64,000 nucleotides of DNA from Octopus vulgaris (GCA_951406725.2 OX597814.1:159464001-159528000); one strand, 5' to 3'; numbered from the stretch's first letter, positions 12,860 through 24,599 are shown. Notes: generated by a model from the letters alone, not told the origin. Numbers and translations are program-made.

Positions 12860-12989
12860 AAAGTTAAGGAATGGAATAAATAAGATCTGGGCTACATATG
12901 TTTCATAGTGAGTGGAACGGCAGAGGGTCTGCTCACTATGAAACATATGTAGCTTGGATCTTATCTACTCCATTCCTTAACTCTTGTAT
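12853..12989. repeat. Foldback with arms of about 60 bp carrying hammerhead 3' halves on both strands
   Basis: AGTTAAGGAATGG...GCTACATATGTTTCATAGTGAGTGGA-loop-TCTGCTCACTATGAAACATATGTAGC...CCATTCCTTAACT. Confidence 0.9.
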
Positions 12990-13183
12990 TCTTATTCGCA
13001 TACCTGGCAACCCTGGTCGCCTACTGTGAAATATAAAAAGAACTTTTTTCAGTTTGTCACACTTAGATATAAAAATAATCCACAGTCTTCTGTCTCAATA
13101 AACCACTATTGTCCTTGTAAGTTTTTTATGTTTACTATGGATTGTTTGAAGCTAACTTTCTTCCTACACTTCAATCCCTGGAT

Positions 13184-13225
<42 letters not shown>

Positions 13226-13611
13226 AAATAACGAGGGTGATAAATTGAATGTTAATTTAATTAACATCAATTTAAAACCAGTAGCCTAGCATATAGAAAA
13301 ATCTGAAAATTCAGAACAATTGTAATACATGCATATAATAGGGATGACCACTTAGTGGACATCCAATATGCTAGAAGAAGATCACCTACAATCTAACTAC
13401 AAAGAAAAGAGTGTTCTCTAGAGAAATTCAGCAAAAGTGCACTTGCTTTCAGAAGGCATCAACTTTTCCAAATACAATTTCTCCAATGTAATTGCTATGG
13501 GTGGGACTGCAGTATTTATGGGCCAAGGATCTAAAACAACAATTGGATAGGTGCCTTGTCAGTCTACATTGCCTCAACGGGTTACGAAAGTGCAAGAGTT
13601 ACTTGTATTTC

Positions 13612-13914
13612 TTTTTTTTACAGAGTCCCCTGTTTTCGAGTACGGAGATTCTGATTCTGCAAAGTGAAAAAAAAAGGCATTTGAAAATTTTAATCCCCCC
13701 CCACATTCTTCATATTTGCAAAATATGTAGAAAAATATGGAGATAATCTCTGTACTTTTCTACGTATTTTGCCAAAAAAAATTCTGAAAAAAGTGAAAAT
13801 TGAAGAATTTGGTGGGTGGGGGTAGAATTAAAATTTTGAAATGCTGGTTTTTTGGGGGTTTTTTGCAGAGTCAGAATCTCTATTCGAAAATGAGGGATTC
13901 TGTAAAATAAAAAA
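13612..13914. mobile_element. Foldback MITE-like element
   Basis: Outer arms TTTTACAGAGTCCCCTGTTTTCGA...TCGAAAATGAGGGATTCTGTAAAA; inner hairpin GCAAAATATGTAGAAAA/TTTTCTACGTATTTTGC. Confidence 0.75.
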
Positions 13915-13949
13915 AATTATTTTTTAAATGAATGTGGGTGCAGTCCACA

Positions 13950-14761
13950 TTCTTTACGTCTGCCTGCTCATCATCACAAAAGGCAAAAAAGAGAAGATAG
14001 AATGAATTTTGGGCATTTATGTCCTTGAAATGGAAAAGGCTTGGTGCACACAAGCTGTTATAAGAAAATGGATTGATTTAACTATGCCACTTGTTTTACG
14101 TGGGTCTCAAAGAGGTCTTTTAGTCTGGGATTCAGCCAGTACTCATTGCGCAAAAGATATGAAAACCTTCCTTTCTGAAAGAAGAATTGACTACATAATG
14201 ATTCCCTCGGGAATGACTTCATATTTACAAACATTAGATCTTGTAATAAACAAGCCCTTCAAGGATTATTTGCGGATGGAAGTGAATGGATATATCAAGC
14301 ATAGAAACTTTGTCAAACCTAACCTCTAAGAAGTCATGAACTGAGTGAAGAATTCATGGAATAAAATTACTGACAGTTGCATTGCCAATGCATTATGAGC
14401 AGAGTACTTGGATAAAAAATATTCATTTAAAGTAAGTTATATTGCCAAACATGAGAGATTGGAGTTCATGATTCTACAGGAAATGGATTTGCAAGAAATT
14501 CAGTATTAAGACTGGGGTTTGATGATTTATGATGATGTTCCAGAAGAGGACAAAATGTTTTTACTTGACTAAAAACAATAAGCAAATAAATAAACTTTTG
14601 ATAATGTAAAACATGGATTTTCTTTTACACGAGAATACGAGACATTTTTGTTTTCTTGGATTTTTTCCACAAAAATATGACATCCCCCCAAAATAAGCTA
14701 TAGTGCGTTTTTTGGAGGCAAAATTAATATAAGACCAGGTCTTATTTTCGGGGAAACAGTA
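13950..14761 (+). mobile_element. Decayed pogo/Tigger-type DNA transposon, 3' half (DDE_1 transposase fragment)
   Basis: ORF 14009-14329 has LLVWDSASTH and IPSGMTSYLQTLDLVINKPFK; flanking stops; ends GGTCTTATTTTCGGGGAAACAG-TA like a TIR plus TA target. Confidence 0.85.
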
Positions 14762-16840
14762 TTTTATCAGGAGTATTTATGATAAATAAGCTAGTTGACT
14801 CCTGTAACACATGGTTCAATTATAAATAAATAGACCACATCAGGATCTAAAGCATGTATTGTACAGTGGCTCATGAATAATTTATTAATTAGAGCCAAAC
14901 ATTAATTAGTTTTGTATTTATGAGTGTTTCACCTATGTTGGTCTGTTTAAAGAGAAGAGCTGTTTTGCCGACATGGTAATATAAAGTCTGTAGAAGAGAA
15001 TTATTTTTCATTTTCTGAACACCAGATTTTAATTGTTTAATTCCTGTGTTAGTTAAAGGAGGTACTGAAAAGTGCATGTCTCTCTCTTTAAATAATATCA
15101 TATCTAATTTAATTTATTCAGCCTTTATATTACAAAGTGATTCTATATCATAAATTATAATAATTATAACTGCCCTGAAGTTATTATTAATGTGAAATCT
15201 AGGTTTAATTTTTATAAAATTTTCATTTGGCCACCTTGCGATAATGACATACTGTTTTCATTTTCAATTTCCTTTCAGTTTTGCAAATAAATTATATCAT
15301 TAACATTAATGTTTGAATAATTACAATATTTAAATTGAAGTTAACTTTTTAAACAGAAATAATAATTTTATAGCAAACGAAGGAATTATTATTGAATTAT
15401 AGCAAGAATATTTTTTTGTCGATGCTCAATCAAGAACACAAAGCTCGTATGTTTAATTTACAATGAATGAAAATAGCATCATAGAATGGAATAGCAAATC
15501 CATGAAATAAATTAACAATTACAGAATACAATTAGTGGTTCCTGATATTGAAGGACTGAGGAAACGCCATCAAAAGTGAAAACTAATAAACTACTGACAG
15601 AAAGGTTTCTGCTAAAAGTAAAAACAGTGTTATACTTCATGATCACATTTTGTTTCATAAATACCAAAAGTATTTTGTTGAGCAAGATTATTCTAGTAAC
15701 CAAAGTAGTGTATGGTACATATCCTATTACCTTCAGAGAACTGTGCTTCATGTGAAAAAATTAATTGAAGAAAATGATATATCATTTAAACAACTATCAA
15801 CAGAGGAAATAAAAGATGGTTGTATATTAAAATTTTCAGCAATTTATCTTGATACACATTTAATGTTTTGTCTATGTATACTTTGTTTCTTTTCTTTTAT
15901 TCTTTTAATATTCTATCTTGTTTATGTCTATATCTGTCTACTGTGTCTCTGCTGTTTGTCTCTCAGAAAACACAAGAAAAACACCTGATCTTTAAATCAA
16001 TTCATTTTATATGTATGTTACAGCAATACATTTCAATAACTACTGCACAATTTGTGCCTCAACTGCATCACCTCATCAGAGAAATTAAAAGATTGCTACT
16101 TCTAAATTTTTTCGATGAGGAATGGATTTACAGACATGTTATGTTACTGTACTGTAAGTTGAAGTGGCAGTTAACATTTCAACCATCTGTTTTCACCTCT
16201 GATAAATATTAAATCTCAAAATATTGGTAAAGTTTTTTATTGGTTTAGTCTTTGCCTTTGTAGGCTCTCAATAAGCACCTTTTATTTCTTATCTGAAAAC
16301 AGTTGAACCATAGCTTATGGTTGAATAGCTAATACCACAATGAAGCTCCAACTATTAAAATCCCTTGTCCCATTTATGGCAGTGAAGCAGTCTCTATGTA
16401 ATTACTTGACTTGTTTGACAGAGCAGTCAAATATTTCTCAACACATATTCTACTACTGCTTTATGAAGAAAAGAAAAAAGGGACATATTGAATAATATAG
16501 CCCTAACTACCCCTGAAAATATAGACTGATCCTAAATGGAATGCCATGGATCATACATCTGCTCAGTTAGGGTTCACATGGGGTAACACAACAATACTAC
16601 CAAGTTGTCCTATCAAAAAATCCAAATATATATAAAACTGCCTATAACACTGAGGAGTAAATGTAAAATAGTCGTAATGAATTTCATTATATTTTTCAAA
16701 CAATTCTTCATTTATTTATTTTTGCTTTTATTTCCAGCATGAGTACTCAAGTGAAAAATCTATAAATGAAATTTGGAAACCTTTTATGAGCTTGGTTTGA
16801 GTGAATATTGTTGCTGACAGCCATATACCATCATACCATC

Positions 16841-16922
16841 ATGACAGAAGAGAATACTAGAAAGAGGAAGTTTTTTGTACTCAATCTTATCATTAGATTA
16901 TGGTGTATCATAACAGTCATAG
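16841..16922 (+). CDS. TMEM72: TMEM72-like protein, coding exon 1 (MTEENTRKRKFFVLNLIIRLWCIITVI)
   Basis: Acceptor tttccag at 16737, ATG at 16841, donor AG|gtaaat; 82 nt, phase 1. Confidence 0.75.
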
Positions 16923-18292
16923 GTAAATGCTTTTCTTTTTCTGTTTTTAACGTAATTAATCATTGATATCTTTGTTAATTCTGTTATAGAGTTTAATGTA
17001 ATATTAATTGGCTGGGTACTTCTCTCATCCCTATCTCAATTTCCATAAACTTTGGTCATCCAAGATCCGAACTACTGTAACCTACTAACATCACAAATGA
17101 GCTGACAAAGGAGTCGCTTAGCAGTTTCTCGTCCTACTAAAAATAGTTGTTAAATCTACCTTAAATAACACTACTGCCTTAAAATAGGCAGGACACATTG
17201 AATATTGTAGTTCAAAATGGCTGAAAACAACACAGGATGGTCATAGTTGGAATACTTTTGATCATAAGTTTGCTAGAGTTAAACACTGCAAACACATCAT
17301 ATTCTGCCTCAAACCAACATACCAAAGATCATCGAATTCTCTCTCACTACCAAACTCAGCCTTTACCCAAACATCAATGCCTCTGCATCTTTTAGATTGT
17401 TTGGACATGGCTTAACTCTTTAGCATTCAGATTTTTCTGTCAAATGTAATACATATTCATTGACATTGATTTGAATTAATCATGCATTGTCTTGTAGCTT
17501 TGAAGTTTCAATTATGTGATTGCTTAAGTTTTGAATGACATTGTTAGGTATATGTAATAGGCCAGATTTGGCTAGTTTGAACATAAAACAGGTAGAAAAT
17601 TGTGGGACGGATATGGCTGGTTTAATCAAGGCAATACATCACTTCTACCTAATGCACCCATACCAAAATACTCTAGTAATCTTGTAATCATCTATCTGAA
17701 CTCAGAAGAGGAGACAGCTTCTATATCTACTGACATGCAAACTTATCCTAATGACCAGTACATAGCTGAGGGTACCTTAAATCTACTGAGGTACCATCTG
17801 CATTTGTAGGCTTCTATTTACCTTTTTTCACCAAAACCTTAAGTATGATGTTAAATCTGCTGGCCAATTCTTCCACCTTTATGAAAACACCTAAAGAGTT
17901 TTGATCAACTTGGACCCCAGCTGTCTTCTTAGATAAAAACCACACCAAATTCTTCTCCATACCACTCCAGGCTATACATTACCTGAAGTGTGATGTCTGG
18001 ATGTTGCTCAGCTGCACTACAACTCATCAGAAAAAGTAACCAAAACTGCATGAACAGTATATTGAATATGCACAGGAAGTGAACAGCGAATGTATTGAAA
18101 ACAAAAACAACAGCAGAAAAAAAAAAAACGGGGTTTGTTGGGCATCAAGTATGCTACTGGCTAATTTCAGGAAGCATGGTAGTTTTGAAAGATGTTGTAT
18201 CTCAAAACTTCAAGTAACATGGTTGTAAGACTTAGATCTATATCACTTGAAGTAATTATTAGTGTTAATAATAATGCATGTAAGTAAATATA

Positions 18293-18657
18293 TGCAGGCA
18301 TGGCTGTGTGGTAAGAAGCTTGCTTCCCGGTTCAGTCCCACTGTGTGGCACCTTGAGCAAGTATCTTCTGCTATAGCCTTAAGCCAACCAAAGCCTTGTG
18401 AGTGGATTTGGTAGATGGAAACTGAAAGAAGCCTGTCGTATATATGTATATGTTTGTGTGTCTGTGCTTGTCCCCCCACCATTGCTTGACAACTGATATT
18501 GGTGTGTTTATGTTCCCTGTAACTTAGGAGTTCAACAAAAAGTAACCAATAGAATAAGTACTAGGCTTACAAAGAATAAGTCCTGGGGTCGATTTCTTTG
18601 ACTAAAGGCAGTGCTTTAGCATGGCTGCAGTTAAATGACTGAAACCAGTAAAAGAAA
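18293..18657 (+). mobile_element. tRNA-derived SINE (family A)
   Basis: Colinear with 23236-23630. Confidence 0.9.
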
Positions 18658-18999
18658 CAATAATAAAACAAAGAAAATTCTTTAACCTATGAATGATTAA
18701 AGATGTGTTAAAGAATTTTTTTCATCTTATTATTTGGATTATTTATTCTTCACCTATCCACTTCATGGTGTGATTGTTGTGAAACTTGGATTTTCTGCAC
18801 CTGAAGAATGCCAGCATTGGCCAGGAACTGATGGTGCTGATAACCTAATATTTGGGTCAAGTGCTTCTCTGGAAATATCTTAACTTTACACCCTACTAGG
18901 ACCTTAGATATTTATATGTGAATATATTTATGTATGTATTTAGTATATTCTATTTGTCTTATGGTAAATTATACACACCCACTCATTTTCTTTATATAG

Positions 19000-19072
19000 T
19001 CCTTTGGGTCGTCAGCATCAGATTGCTAAAACGTGATAGGACGAGGCCATTCGCTATCTCATGGTATCTAAT
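19000..19072 (+). CDS. TMEM72: TMEM72-like exon 2 (VLWVVSIRLLKRDRTRPFAISWYL)
   Basis: tttatatag| ... AT|gtaagt; 73 nt, phases 1-2 fit neighbours. Confidence 0.8.
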
Positions 19073-19221
19073 GTAAGTATAAATTTCATACATTTTTTAA
19101 CCATATTTTGTATATCAGAAAAATCAACTTCCTCCATAATCTTAAAATTAACTGATGGAATTTATTTCCTTCCGTAATTTCTGACTAAGAAAATAAAGCA
19201 TTTGAAATATGATTTCAAAGT

Positions 19222-19500
19222 ACTATTCTATATTTCTGAGGTGAGGAATTATTTACAATGGACAGGTAAGTGTCCTCACCTTGTTTGTTATCACGTTTCG
19301 GCTGACATACTCTCCAGCATTCATCAGGTAGGTGTTCTGGTGGAATTTCGAACCCAACCCTTCATTTGACTAATGGGGTACACTGTTCTCATTCTTAAGG
19401 TATGTTGCTGATGTTATTATTTTTCAAGTCCTTGCCTGAAATTGAACTTAGAATCTGAGGGTTTGTAGCCCATGCTCTTATCCACTATATGCCTGTGGGC
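19222..19500 (-). mobile_element. tRNA-headed SINE with hammerhead motif (older copy)
   Basis: tRNA-like head 19500-19430, CTGATGA...CAGCCGAAACG at 19327-19294, tail matching 63215-63296. Confidence 0.75.
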
Positions 19501-19729
19501 AATTATAGTGAATTTTAGGGCTTATAAACCTAGTATTTTATCTTTTCTTAATACTGGTTTCCATATTACATTCATATCTTAGGTTATTGTGTCCTAGCAT
19601 TTGTGCAGCCTCTTTTAATTTTCATATTTTCCAGTGGTGTTCTCTCTCAATTATTTTAACTTCACCCATAGCAGGATATGCTCTAACCTTTCATCCTCTG
19701 ACACAAGTTCCCTCCTCAAATGCTCCTGC

Positions 19730-20055
19730 CCCTCTCAAAATTCCTTATCTTGCAAGTTACTTGGTGACTCTGCCAGTGCAGGTGCCATGTAAAAAGCATC
19801 CAGTCCACACTGTAAAGTGGTTGGCATTTGGAAGGGCATCCAGCTGTAAAAATCATGCCAAAACTAACCTTGCCTGTGCTAGAGCCATATAAAATGCACT
19901 GAGTCCACTCTGCAGAGTGGTTGGTGTTAGGAAGGGCATCCAGCCATAAAAACTCTGCCAAAACAGACACAGTAGCCTGGAGTAGTCTTCTACCTGGCCA
20001 GCTCCTGTCAACTGTCCTACCCATGCATGCATGGAAGATGACATTAAACAATGAT
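19730..20055 (+). mobile_element. RTE-tail repeat with internal duplication
   Basis: Two GTGGTTGG...GAAGGGCATCCAGC units and the common tail. Confidence 0.75.
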
Positions 20056-20359
20056 GCTCTGTGTTAATAGCCCTTGCCTGTTTTTCAGGCGTTTTTTTTT
20101 GTATTTCACAGGTCTTCAAAAGCACAGGGCAGTTGGTCATAATGCAAACAAGAAAATGTCAACATCAATACTGCTTCACTCAAACAAGCCTCAAATTGGT
20201 CAACAAATGGTGATAGTATAGATAACAGACAACTTACCCAAGCTCCTATGTAATAGGAATGGATCTGAAACCACATAGTTGCAAACAAAACTTTGTAAAT
20301 ACAGCCATGAGTGGTCAGTCCATATAACTTCATAAGGAGAATAGGGCCCATTTCTCTGG

Positions 20360-20543
20360 TGTATATATTCCTCCCAGGACAGGACGCCGGTTCATCAAAG
20401 GATTAATAATTTTTTACTGGCTGAGTGGACAGGAGCAGCATGAAATGAAGTGTTTTGCTCAAGAATACAATGCATTACCCTGTTTGGAATCAACACCACA
20501 ATCTTATGATCATGAATCCAACATCCTAACCACTAAGCCATGC
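20360..20543 (-). mobile_element. tRNA-derived SINE (family B), diverged
   Basis: Reverse complement GGCATGGCTTAGTGGTTAGG...TTCTTGAGCAAAACACTTCATTTCATG, as at 32176. Confidence 0.7.
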
Positions 20544-20633
20544 CTATATAAAAATATCTTTTGTGTATGGGTTTGCAAACTTGTTTTTGAATTTATATAT
20601 CCTGTCCTTTCATTTGTAAATGTTTTATTATAG

Positions 20634-20699
20634 GTCTGCAACTGTAATTGCAACCATCTTAGAATGCATTTGGATTATGAACAAAATGCCTTGGTGTCA
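20634..20699 (+). CDS. TMEM72: TMEM72-like exon 3 (MSATVIATILECIWIMNKMPWC)
   Basis: ttattatag| ... CA|gtaagt; 66 nt, phases 2-2. Confidence 0.8.
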
Positions 20700-21309
20700 G
20701 TAAGTATTTTATTTCTGTGAATTCTTTTAAAACAAAATTTAGTTCCTGAAAATAAATTACTTTAGTTTGAACATTTTCTTCTATCACTTGGTCCATGGAA
20801 AATGAAGTGCCCAACCTAGTTTTTATGAATCTTCATAAGGTTTTGCAGAGGTTTGCAATTCTGGGAGAAGGATAAAGTGAAACATTTTGTACAGGAATTT
20901 GCAGGAGGTAATATACCTTCAGCAGGTGAACTTGGGTGGGGTTCAAATTCATCTGAGGTCTGATTTAGAGGAGCATAATAGTAGAGAAGACAGGACACAG
21001 CATGTTGATGGACTAGATATTAGTGAAGTGGACAAGAGCTTACAATATACTGGTGGGCTGGTGGTTAGGTTACTTGTTTCTGTTAATTTTCAATATGAAC
21101 TAAATTAAAGGCTTTTATTAAAATATAATGTAACTTAATATATTGGTATATATTATGTTGTTAATCATATCAAATCTTAATATTATTCACATTATAAAAT
21201 TCTGAAAATTTTAAATTAAAATTTGAACATTTCAGTATGACCAAATTGGAATTGGTGTTAAAAGGTTAGTTGTGTTTTAATTGAATAAATTTTTGTTTCC
21301 TGTCTTCAG

Positions 21310-21446
21310 AGAGAATGGTTGCTGCTACTGTGTCTGCTGGAAAGTAGTAACATTTGTGAGTAAATGGAAAAAAGGACTTCTTTACATAGTGATGTCTTTA
21401 CCGACTTTCTGGATCTCTAAAGACACTACTGATGGTCAAATTGGAG
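21310..21446 (+). CDS. TMEM72: TMEM72-like exon 4 (QENGCCYCVCWKVVTFVSKWKKGLLYIVMSLPTFWISKDTTDGQIG)
   Basis: tgtcttcag| ... GAG|gtaagt; 137 nt, phases 2-1. Confidence 0.85.
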
Positions 21447-21821
21447 GTAAGTATTAATGAATTACTTAAATGTAAGAGTAAACTGTTCCAAATATATGAT
21501 AAATCAGCTTAGGAAGCATTGAGTAATTGTTAATTTTTTTCATAACAGAGCACTATATTTCATACACTCTTTAACATGGATCTAAAGAATTTTTCTAGAT
21601 ACCAAACCTATTCACAAACGAGATATAATCTTGGTTCTTTCCTAGCATCAATTCATATTGAACAGAGTTTATCTTATACTTCCAAGTATATCACAGCATC
21701 CTACATTTTCTGTTGTGTACCTATTTGACTGAATCTCCTAACACTCATCTACACATTTCTATTAATCTGACTGTATAAAACTTGAACACTCTATACTGAT
21801 TATCTCTTATTTTATTCTACA

Positions 21822-22158
21822 CTAGCACTATAACCCAGCAACGCCAGGTCATAGTGCTAGTGCATGCATGCACACATACACGCCAGTACTGTCCAAATCT
21901 CCAACCAATCACATACAGCTAGCTGGCATATCAAGTTTCAAGCATTTTGATTGGGTTTTGGATAGAAAATTCACAAAAAAGTAACTTCTATTGATTTTTT
22001 AATGCCTTTGCGGAATGACTGGGGAAATGTAAAGATGTGCATGACCACCCTTGGACGGTTTTGAATGACCATAGAAAGTGTGAGCCCTCTAACTGAAAAA
22101 TTGTGGATTTGTATAAAGGACACACACGCAGACATTTTGCCGTTTATATATAGAGAGA
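21822..22158 (-). mobile_element. Non-autonomous Helitron-like element
   Basis: On the - strand: A|TCTCTCTATATATAAA start, subterminal GC-rich hairpin, CTAG|T end; no TSD. Confidence 0.65.
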
Positions 22159-22418
22159 TAAAGAAGCTGAAACCATACTTTAAAGCTAAGTACATGGTAA
22201 ACGTCAAGAAAATCTATGTAAATGACAACTTCCACATTAATTTTTCCTTACATTCCATTTTTTTTAATATATTGAAGTTTAATGGTACTGTCACTGGACA
22301 ACAAAGACAGCCTATAAGATATACATGTGTAAGAAGTTTTAGTTTTTAAAGCCCCAGGATAACCCTGATCCTGCAGACATAAATATATTCTGACAATGGC
22401 CAGCATATCTTTCCCTTC

Positions 22419-22867
22419 TTAACTCTTTTGTTCCCATAATTCTGTTAAAAAACACATTGCTGTTGTTTCAATTAATTTTTAAAATAATGAAAAACTTAGT
22501 AAAATAACTTTGTTATTATTAATCAGGAGTTTGGAAAATAAATTAACGTGAAATGTTGATATTCTGTTTAAATTTAAATCACTTTAACCCTTTCGTTATT
22601 GTATTTATTTTGAGATGCTCTCTGTTTCTTTCAATTACTTTAAATATAACAAAGAATTTAGTAAAATAACTTAGTTATCATTCAGCTAGTGTTAGGAACA
22701 TAAATTGTGACTAAGGCTTGGTGGAAGATTTTAATTCAAAACTTATGAAAACAAAACATTTGTACTCAGAGCCAGTTTCAGCCGGATTGTAACGAAAGGG
22801 TTAAAACAAGAAGTTTGTATCTAAGAATCAAAGGCAGTATTAGGTGGGTTAGTATCAAAAGGGTTGA
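22419..22867. mobile_element. Older TTAA MITE hosting a younger one
   Basis: TTAACTCTTTTG...CAAAAGGGTTGA; related copy at about 29178-29400. Confidence 0.7.
22584..22804. mobile_element. Young piggyBac-like MITE
   Basis: TTAA TSD, 11-bp TIR CCCTTTCGTTA/TAACGAAAGGG; close copy at 60647-60864. Confidence 0.9.
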
Positions 22868-23235
22868 GAGAAAAGTGTGATTTGAAGATTTATTGGGTTA
22901 AATATGGTAAACACTAGATTCTTGATGCTAATAACTACAATCTTGGTCTACTTCCAATTAGATATAAGAGCCTTATGATCCCTTAGTATAAAAATCAAAT
23001 GAAAGACAGTAAAAAGTTAAACTAGACCTAACCTATACCAGACAGTAGAAGAACCCTACATAACTAGGGCTGCAAATGGGGATAACACTGATATGCTGAA
23101 GAAAGTAAAACTACAGAAAAAACAAAAAACAAAGAGTATATAAACTATACAAATATTACAATAACTGAAATTTATCTGTTATCAGTTGCTCTACTGGAAA
23201 TGATCATAGTCTTGACATTTGTTTGTACATATATA

Positions 23236-23630
23236 GGCTCAGGAGTGGCTGTGTGGTAAGTAGCTTGCTAACCAACCACATGGTTCCGGGTTCAGCCCCA
23301 CTGTGTGGCATCTTGGGCAAGTGTCTTCTGCTATAGCCTCGGGCCGACCAAAGCCTTGTGAGTGGATTTGGTAGACGGAAACTGAAAGAAGCCTGTCGTA
23401 TAAATGTATATGTGTGTGTGTGTGTATGTTTGTGTTTGTCCCTCTAGCATTGCTTGACAACTGGTGCTGGTGTGTTTACGTCCCCGTCACTTAGCGGTTC
23501 GGCAAAAGAGAACGATAGAATAAGTACTGGGCATACAAAGAATAAGTCCCGGGGTCGATTTGCTCGACTAAAGGCGGTGCTCCAGCATGGCCGCAGTCAA
23601 ATGACTGAAACAAGTAAAAAAAAGAAAGAA
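23236..23630 (+). mobile_element. tRNA-derived SINE (family A), young full-length copy
   Basis: A box TGGCTGTGTGG, B-box-like GGGTTCAGCCC, TG microsatellite, A-rich tail. Confidence 0.9.
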
Positions 23631-24018
23631 AGAATATATATATATATGTTAAAAAAAAATTAGTTTCAAAATCCAATCTTCTTCCAGAAAGATACCAAAG
23701 GTTGCATATTCCCCACCCCTAATGTAGACAGTCCCTTATTAATTTAAGCACTGGAGAAGCAAGTGCCTATTGGCTTAGTAATGCATATGGACTAAAACAA
23801 GTGGTCATTGTTGTGAGATATAAATTCAAGTTCACAAAATCAGACATTAAATTTCTAAAGTTGTAATTTATCATTTACAAATTCAAAGTTTATATGTAAT
23901 AATTATTATGACCCTAACTGTGATGGTCAAAACAAATTAAAGCAGATGTCAATGATGACATTGAAATTTCTATTATTGTGTCAGTGGTTAATTCAGTAAA
24001 CTTTGTTCTGATTTTCAG

Positions 24019-24221
24019 GTTCAATGCTCCTAATTGCAGGAATACTACTAATTTTTAGAAGCATATTTTCATTATTCTTTCGCGAAGACTCAGAAGAGCG
24101 TAAATACTTTTTAAAAACCAATCCTGTCCATGTTAAAATGGTATCACATGAAATCTCTACACAAACTGAAGACTCAGAATATTCAGCTTATCATCATGAT
24201 GTTGAAAGCCAAAAGAAATGA
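24019..24221 (+). CDS. TMEM72: TMEM72-like last exon (GSMLLIAGILLIFRSIFSLFF...HDVESQKK*)
   Basis: attttcag| phase 1; TGA ends at 24221; GSMLLIAG matches recalled vertebrate TMEM72 GSMLIITG; total CDS 561 nt = 186 aa. Confidence 0.85.
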
Positions 24222-24272
24222 GAGTAAATATGTGTAAATTGTTTCGTGAAGTTTGTTTTCAAAAGTTGTACA

Positions 24273-24278
24273 AATAAA
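24273..24278 (+). terminator. Candidate polyadenylation signal of the TMEM72-like gene
   Basis: First AATAAA after the stop codon; lies in A-rich sequence. Confidence 0.35.
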
Positions 24279-24599
24279 AAAAAAATTTTTTAATTTAAAC
24301 TTGTTCTTCAAATCTATATTTAAATTATTAACTTTTATAGCTGTTAAGATATTAATTACAAAAGCATTCTTATTCATTTGTAAATATAACATATTTGAAA
24401 CTGATCACTCAAGTTCATAATGTAACAGAGAACAACAAAAATAGAGAAAGGCCAATGCAAAATCTTTGTATTCAGGTAAATAGGGTGGAATTTAAGATCA
24501 ATTGACAACCATTGAGGGTCAAAGAAAAGATATTGGAAACCCTTAGGCCAATCATGCTACCATTTTTGTGCTAGAAAGAGACAGTCCCTTTATGAATAT

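Noticed and set aside
15512-16212. Overlapping hydrophobic ORFs upstream of the TMEM72-like gene
   Set aside because: T-rich low-complexity translations with no recognisable domain or splice-phase link
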